Below are positions 58,399 to 64,000 of a stretch of 64,000 nucleotides of DNA, in pieces; positions within the stretch are counted from its first letter, which is position 1; every line of letters starts with the position of its first letter. The stretch comes from an uncultured Acidimicrobiales bacterium. Its GTDB lineage: Bacteria; Actinomycetota; Acidimicrobiia; Acidimicrobiales; VFJN01. The position numbers and the translations under genes are program-made. The stretch spans positions 5,424 to 69,423 of the forward strand of contig CAWJFG010000020.1 of NCBI GenBank assembly GCA_963842015.1. Reading direction: 5' to 3'. The notes under the pieces are model-generated. The model made no database searches. It was not told where the DNA came from and saw only the letters and a list, made by a program, of their open reading frames with translations.

Positions 58399-59577
58399 TC
58401 AGCGCACCGTGCGGAAGAACGTACGCACGTCGTCGATCAGCAGCTCGGGCACCTCCATCGCCGCGAAGTGCCCCCCGTCGTCGTACTCGCTCCAGTGCGT
58501 GATCGTGTTGGCCGCCTCCGCGTGCCGGCGGATGGCGATGTCCTGCGGGAACACGGCCACCCCGGTCGGCACGGGGCCACGCTCGATCTCGGCCCCCCAT
58601 CCGCCGCCGGCGTCGTGGGCACCCTCGTAGTACATGTCGGCCGACGAACCGGCGGTACCGGTCAGCCAGTAGAGCATCACGTTGGTGAGGAGGTGGTCGC
58701 GGTCGACCGACTGCTCGGGCAGCCCGGCGGGGTCGCCGGTCCACTCCTTGAACTTCTCGGCGATCCAGGCGAGCTGCCCTGCGGGCGAGTCGACCAACCC
58801 GTGAGCGAGTGTCTGCGGGCGGGTCGACTGGATCTGCGCGTACCCCATCTGCTCCCGGGCGTAGTTCGCCAGCCGCGCCAGTCGCCCCTTCTCCGCGTCG
58901 GTCATCGTGGCGAGGTCGTCCTCGCTCGGCGGCGCGAACGACACGAACCCGCCTGTCGCCGCGTTGACGTGCACCCCGACGACGGCCCCGGGGGCCTGGC
59001 GGCCCATCGCCGGCGTGATGATGGCGCCGTAGTCCCCGCCCTGGACCCCGTACCGCGCGTACCCCAGCCGGGCCATCAGGTCGACGAACGCGGACGCCAC
59101 CCGGTCCGCGGTCCAACCGGTGTCCGTCAGCGGCGACGACCACCCGAACCCGGGGATCGACGGCACGACCACGTCGAAGGCGTCCGCGGGATCGCCGCCG
59201 TGGGCCGCCGGATCGGTCAGCGGGCCGATCACGTCGAGGAACTCGACGATCGATCCCGGCCAGCCGTGGACGAGCATCAGCGGCAGCGCTCCCTCCGCGG
59301 ACGACCGCACGTGCAGGAAGTGGATCGGTTGACCGTCGATGTCGGTCATGAAGCCCGGCATCTCGTTGAGGCGGGCTTCGTGCGTGCGCCAGTCGTACTC
59401 GTCGAGCCAGTAGGTCACGAGCTCGCGCAGGTACGCGGTCGGCACGCCGCGGGCCCACGGGTCGTCGCCCGGCAGCTCCGACGCCCAGCGCGTGCGGGCG
59501 AGTCGTTCGGTGAGGTCGTCCAGGTCGCGCTGCGGAACGTCGATCTCGAACGGGCGGATCACGTCGTCGGTGGTCAT
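58399..59577 (-). CDS. Epoxide hydrolase (EHN family)
   Basis: 'HGWPGS', 'QGGDYG', 'GGHFAAME'. Confidence 0.92.
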   Translation of the reverse strand: MTTDDVIRPFEIDVPQRDLDDLTERLARTRWASELPGDDPWARGVPTAYLRELVTYWLDEYDWRTHEARLNEMPGFMTDIDGQPIHFLHVRSSAEGALPLMLVHGWPGSIVEFLDVIGPLTDPAAHGGDPADAFDVVVPSIPGFGWSSPLTDTGWTADRVASAFVDLMARLGYARYGVQGGDYGAIITPAMGRQAPGAVVGVHVNAATGGFVSFAPPSEDDLATMTDAEKGRLARLANYAREQMGYAQIQSTRPQTLAHGLVDSPAGQLAWIAEKFKEWTGDPAGLPEQSVDRDHLLTNVMLYWLTGTAGSSADMYYEGAHDAGGGWGAEIERGPVPTGVAVFPQDIAIRRHAEAANTITHWSEYDDGGHFAAMEVPELLIDDVRTFFRTVR

Positions 59578-59640
59578 GTCCGGGACCGTACGTGCCATTG
59601 AGGACAGATCTTGCCCTCATTCGGCGCGAAGCTGGCGGAC

Positions 59641-60618
59641 ATGTGGGACACCCCGGGCCGGCTCCTGCGCCTGCTGTCGCTGCTCCAGCTCCGGCGCGAC
59701 TGGCCCGGTCCCGAGCTGGCCGCGCGCCTCGAGGTCGACGTGCGCACCGTCCGCCGCGACGTCGACCGGCTGCGGGCGCTCGGGTACCCGGTGGGCTCGA
59801 CCGCGGGCGCCGCCGGCGGGTACCGGCTGGAGCCCGGCACCGACCTGCCCCCGCTGCTGCTCGACGACGAGGAGGCGGTCGCCGTCGCGGTCTGCCTCCG
59901 CACCGCCGCCGGCGGCACCGTCGCCGGCATCGAGGAGGCGGCGCTCCGAGCGCTCGCCAAGCTCGACCGGCTGCTGCCCACCCGCCTACGCGGCCGGGCC
60001 GGCGCCCTCTCGGCGGCCACGGTGGCGATGACCGGCCAGCGGCCCGTGCTCGACGCGGACGATCTGGCCACCATCGCCGCCGCCTGCCGTGACCACGAGG
60101 TCCTCCGCTTCGACTACCGCACCAAGGACGGTTCGACCGCGCGGCGCACGGTCGAGCCCCTCCGGCTCGTCCACACGGGGCGGCTCTGGTACCTCGTGGG
60201 GTGGGATCGCGACCGGCACGACTGGCGGACCTTCCGGGTCGACCGCATCGGCGGCCGGCCGGCGCCGGTCGACCGCTTCGTGCCCCGGCCGCCGCCCACC
60301 GACGACATCGCCGCCTTCGTGTCGCGTGGGACCGCGGTCGAGGCCTACCCGGTCAAGGCCCGGGTCGTCGTGCACGCGCCGCTGGCCGTGGTCGCCGCCC
60401 ACGTCTCCCCCGCCGCCGGACTGCTCGAGGCCCGCGACGAGCAGACCTGCACCCTCCACACCGGGGCCCGCTCGATCGCCGACCTCGCGCACTACCTGCA
60501 GGAGACGGGGCTCGACTTCACGGTCGAGGCGCCCGACGAGCTGCGCACCCACCTCGCAGGGTTGGCCGAGCGCCTGGCGCGGGCCTCGGCGGCGCCCACC
60601 GAGACGAGCGCCACGTGA
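59641..60618 (+). CDS. YafY/PafC-like HTH-WYL regulator
   Basis: 'RTVRRDVDRLRALGYP', 'WYLVGWD..WRTFRVDRI'. Confidence 0.92.
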   Translation: MWDTPGRLLRLLSLLQLRRDWPGPELAARLEVDVRTVRRDVDRLRALGYPVGSTAGAAGGYRLEPGTDLPPLLLDDEEAVAVAVCLRTAAGGTVAGIEEAALRALAKLDRLLPTRLRGRAGALSAATVAMTGQRPVLDADDLATIAAACRDHEVLRFDYRTKDGSTARRTVEPLRLVHTGRLWYLVGWDRDRHDWRTFRVDRIGGRPAPVDRFVPRPPPTDDIAAFVSRGTAVEAYPVKARVVVHAPLAVVAAHVSPAAGLLEARDEQTCTLHTGARSIADLAHYLQETGLDFTVEAPDELRTHLAGLAERLARASAAPTETSAT

Positions 60619-60664
60619 CCGTCGTCATCTACGGAGCACCGGCGGCCGCGGGCTAGCCTGAGGC

Positions 60665-60810
60665 CGCTGACGACCTCCGTGGGAGAGTCCCGGTGGCGGG
60701 GTGGCATCACCCCTCCCGGGCGCCGAAGGGGCAACACCCCGGAACCTCTCAGGCACAAGGGACCACAGGGGCGAGGCAGCTCTGGAGCCGTGACCGGTGA
60801 CAGAGGGGGC
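60665..60810 (+). promoter_or_regulatory. Glycine riboswitch
   Basis: GGAGAG..CGCCGAAGGGGCAA..CTCTCAGG directly upstream of gcvP. Confidence 0.85.
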
Positions 60811-60878
60811 AGCATCAGGAGGCACCGCCGGCCGGGCGTGCCGTCGCCACACGCCCCTCGAGCACCCGGAGCACGCAC

Positions 60879-63722
60879 GTGAGCATCAGCGCCGAGCAGT
60901 TCGCCGACCGCCACATCGGTCCGTCGCCCGACGACGTCGACCGCATGCTCCGCGCGCTGGGGGTGGCGTCGCTCGACGACCTGCTCGACCAGGCGGTCCC
61001 CGCCACGATCCGCGACGGCAAGCCTCTCGAGCTCGAGGACGCCCTGTCCGAGCCCGAGGCCATCGCCCGCCTGCGCTCGCTGGCCGACCGCAACCAGGTC
61101 TTCACCTCACTGATCGGCCAGGGGTACCACGGCACCCACACGCCGGGCGTGATCCTGCGCAACGTCCTCGAGAATCCCGCGTGGTACACCGCGTACACGC
61201 CCTACCAGCCGGAGATCAGCCAGGGCCGGCTCGAGGCACTGCTCAACTTCCAGACGATGGTGTGCGACCTCACCGGCATGGAGATCACCAACGCCTCCAT
61301 GCTCGACGAGGGCACGGCGGCCGCCGAGGCGATGACCCTGCTGCGCCGCTCGACGCGCCATGCGGGGAAGGTGTTCTTCGTCGACGCCGAATGCCACCCC
61401 CAGACCATCGCCGTGGTCGCGGCCCGTGCCGAACCCCTCGACATCGAGGTCGTGGTCGGCGACCCGACGACCGACCTCTCCCCCGCCGACGCCTACGGCG
61501 CCCTGCTGCAGCACCCGGGCACGTCGGGCGTGATCCGCGACCTGCGCCCGGTCGTCGACGCGGTGCACGCAGCCGGCGGCCTGACCGTCGTGGCCACCGA
61601 CCTGCTGGCCTGCACCCTGCTCGTCCCGCCGGGCGAGCTCGGGGCCGACGCCGCGGTGGGGTCGTCGCAGCGCTTCGGCGTGCCCATGGGCTTCGGCGGG
61701 CCGCACGCGGGCTTCCTGGCCACGCGCAACGAGTTCCGCCGGGCCCTGCCGGGCCGGCTCGTGGGTGTCTCGGTCGATGCCGCCGGTCGCCCCGCCCACC
61801 GCCTGGCCCTGCAGACGCGCGAGCAGCACATCCGGCGCGAGAAGGCGACGTCGAACATCTGCACCGCCCAGGTGCTGCTGGCGGTGATGGCCTCGATGTA
61901 CGCCGTCTACCACGGGCCCGACGGGCTGCGATCGATCGCGGGACGTGTGCAGACCCTGACGACCGACCTCGCCACCCGCCTGCGCACCGCCGGCCACGAG
62001 CTCGTCAACGACACGTGGTTCGACACGCTGACCGTCCACGTGCCCGGCCAAGCCGCCGAGATCTGCGAGCGGGCCCGCCAGCGCCGCATCAACCTCCGGC
62101 GGCTCGACGGCGACACCGTGTCGGTGTCGTTCGACGAGACCACGACGTACGCCGTGCTGACCGACCTCGTCGAGGTGTTCGGCCTCGCCGCCGGGTGGGT
62201 GGCGGTCGTGGGCGAACCCGGACTGCCCGACGCCGAGCGCCGGACCAGCGACTACCTGACCCATCCCGTGTTCCACGAGCACCGGTCCGAGACCGAGATG
62301 CTGCGATACCTCCGCCGGCTCGCCGACATGGACGTCGCCCTCGACCGGGCGATGATCCCGCTCGGCTCGTGCACGATGAAGCTCAACTCCACCACCGAGA
62401 TGGAGCCGGTGACGTGGCCCGAGTTCGGAGACATCCACCCGTTCGCGCCTCTCGACCAGGTCGAGGGCTACCTCACGCTCATCCACGACCTCGAGGAGAC
62501 CCTGGCCCAGATCACGGGCTACGACGCGGTCTCGCTCCAGCCCAACGCGGGCTCTCAGGGCGAGCTGGCCGGACTGCTCGCCATCCGCGCCTACCACCTG
62601 AGCCGGGGTGACGAGCAGCGCGACGTGTGCCTCATCCCCGCCTCGGCCCACGGCACCAACGCCGCCTCGGCCGTGATGGCGGGCATGCGGGTCGTGGTCG
62701 TGGCGTGCGACGAGCAGGGCAACGTCGACGTCGACGACTTCCGGGCCAAGGCCGACGAGCACGCCGACCGCCTCGCCGCGCTCATGGTCACCTACCCGTC
62801 GACCCATGGTGTGTTCGAGGAGCGCATCGGCGAGATCTGCGACATCGTCCACGCCCACGGCGGCCAGGTCTACGTCGACGGGGCCAACCTCAACGCCCTC
62901 GTCGGGGTGGCCCGGCCGGGGTGGTTCGGCGGCGACGTCAGCCACCTCAACCTGCACAAGACGTTCTGCATCCCCCACGGCGGTGGTGGACCCGGGGTCG
63001 GGCCCGTCGCCGCCCGTGCGCACCTGGCGCCGTTCCTGCCCAACCACCCGGCCGCGGCCGAGGCCGGCCCCGCCACAGGGCCCGGACCGATCTCGGCTGC
63101 CCCCTGGGGGTCCGCCGGCATCCTGCCGATCAGCTACACGTACACCAAGATGATGGGGCCCGACGGACTGCGCCGCGCCACCGCCGTCGCCATCCTGAGC
63201 GCCAACTACGTGGCCGCCCGCCTCGGCGAGCACTACCCGGTGCTCTACACCGGCGAGCACGGTCGCGTGGCCCACGAGTGCATCATCGACCTGCGCCCGA
63301 TCACGAAGGCGACGGGCGTGACCGTCGACGACGTGGCCAAGCGCCTCATCGACTACGGCTTCCACGCCCCCACGATGAGCTTCCCCGTGGCGGGCACGCT
63401 GATGATCGAGCCCACCGAGTCCGAGCCGCTGGTCGAGATCGACCGGTTCTGCGACGCCATGATCGCCATCAAGGCCGAGGTCGACGAGGTGGCGTCGGGC
63501 GCGATCGCCCACGACGACAGCGCCCTCGCCCATGCGCCCCACACGGCGGAAGACCTGCTGGCCGCCGACTGGGACCGCCCGTACAGCCGCGAGCAGGCGG
63601 CGTACCCGGTGCGCAGCCTGCGGCGGGGCAAGTACTGGCCCCCGGTCAGCCGCATCGACGGCGGCTACGGCGACCGCAACCTCGTCTGCGCCTGCCCGCC
63701 CCCCGAGGCCTTCGAGGATTGA
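60879..63722 (+). CDS. gcvP: Glycine dehydrogenase (glycine cleavage system P protein)
   Basis: '[14 protein letters not shown]', '[10 protein letters not shown]', 'LGSCTMK', PLP lysine in 'HLNLHKTF', 'GDRNLVC'. Confidence 0.97.
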   Translation: MSISAEQFADRHIGPSPDDVDRMLRALGVASLDDLLDQAVPATIRDGKPLELEDALSEPEAIARLRSLADRNQVFTSLIGQGYHGTHTPGVILRNVLENPAWYTAYTPYQPEISQGRLEALLNFQTMVCDLTGMEITNASMLDEGTAAAEAMTLLRRSTRHAGKVFFVDAECHPQTIAVVAARAEPLDIEVVVGDPTTDLSPADAYGALLQHPGTSGVIRDLRPVVDAVHAAGGLTVVATDLLACTLLVPPGELGADAAVGSSQRFGVPMGFGGPHAGFLATRNEFRRALPGRLVGVSVDAAGRPAHRLALQTREQHIRREKATSNICTAQVLLAVMASMYAVYHGPDGLRSIAGRVQTLTTDLATRLRTAGHELVNDTWFDTLTVHVPGQAAEICERARQRRINLRRLDGDTVSVSFDETTTYAVLTDLVEVFGLAAGWVAVVGEPGLPDAERRTSDYLTHPVFHEHRSETEMLRYLRRLADMDVALDRAMIPLGSCTMKLNSTTEMEPVTWPEFGDIHPFAPLDQVEGYLTLIHDLEETLAQITGYDAVSLQPNAGSQGELAGLLAIRAYHLSRGDEQRDVCLIPASAHGTNAASAVMAGMRVVVVACDEQGNVDVDDFRAKADEHADRLAALMVTYPSTHGVFEERIGEICDIVHAHGGQVYVDGANLNALVGVARPGWFGGDVSHLNLHKTFCIPHGGGGPGVGPVAARAHLAPFLPNHPAAAEAGPATGPGPISAAPWGSAGILPISYTYTKMMGPDGLRRATAVAILSANYVAARLGEHYPVLYTGEHGRVAHECIIDLRPITKATGVTVDDVAKRLIDYGFHAPTMSFPVAGTLMIEPTESEPLVEIDRFCDAMIAIKAEVDEVASGAIAHDDSALAHAPHTAEDLLAADWDRPYSREQAAYPVRSLRRGKYWPPVSRIDGGYGDRNLVCACPPPEAFED

Positions 63723-63776
63723 GCTCGTTCTGGCGTGGAGCCGGGGCGACGTCACCCGCCGGCACCGGGGAACGGG

Positions 63777-64000
63777 TCAGCCGTTGACCAGGTCGGCGAT
63801 CTGCTCGAGCAGCGGGCGGGGGCCGGCGACCAGGAGTGACGTGATGCACGTCTCGCGCCACCGCTCGAGGTCGTCGCGGATCTTGGCGGGCGGGCCGACC
63901 AGGTAGACGTCCTCGACCATCTTCGTGGGCACCGCCGCGGCGGCGTCGGCCTTGCGACCGTCGAGGTAGGCGTCCTGGATCTTCTCGCACTCGGCGCCGT
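63777..64000 (-). CDS. LLM-class F420-dependent oxidoreductase, C-terminal part; cut by window end
   Basis: 'KIQDAYLDGRKADAAAAVP..LVGPPAKIRDDLERW'. Confidence 0.75.
   Translation of the reverse strand, partial: GAECEKIQDAYLDGRKADAAAAVPTKMVEDVYLVGPPAKIRDDLERWRETCITSLLVAGPRPLLEQIADLVNG

Overview
High-GC actinobacterial-type DNA (ECF41/SigJ-type sigma factors, F420 LLM enzymes, WYL regulator, glycine riboswitch with gcvP). The window has two parts. (1) About 1-49.3 kb is an accessory island of small regulator, detoxification and redox genes mixed with many gene fragments. It is punctuated by about 20 complete, truncated or degenerate copies of two related ~50-95 bp sequences that both start TGTGCAGCGACAC and carry 2-4 tandem ~23-bp CGACA-N-TG(T/A)CAG repeats. 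'End A' is always on + and 'End B' always on -. They meet back to back (..TGCACA-N3-8-TGTGCA..) at several junctions, the cleanest with a 5-bp spacer at 33087/33093. This is the architecture of TnsB/Mu-family (Tn7-like) transposon ends, yet no TnsB/TnsC/TniQ gene is recognisable in the window. The region reads as a polarised stack of non-autonomous, transposon-end-delimited gene cassettes, an integron-like array built from transposon ends. This is the best candidate for an undescribed system. (2) About 49.6-64 kb looks like ordinary chromosome: SDR, ECF/YciI pair, ABC transporter operon, AlkZ-like glycosylase, epoxide hydrolase, WYL regulator, glycine riboswitch, gcvP and an LLM oxidoreductase. 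Many single-base frameshifts occur in otherwise intact genes and may be sequencing indels. All product calls come from motif recognition by eye; no database searches were run.
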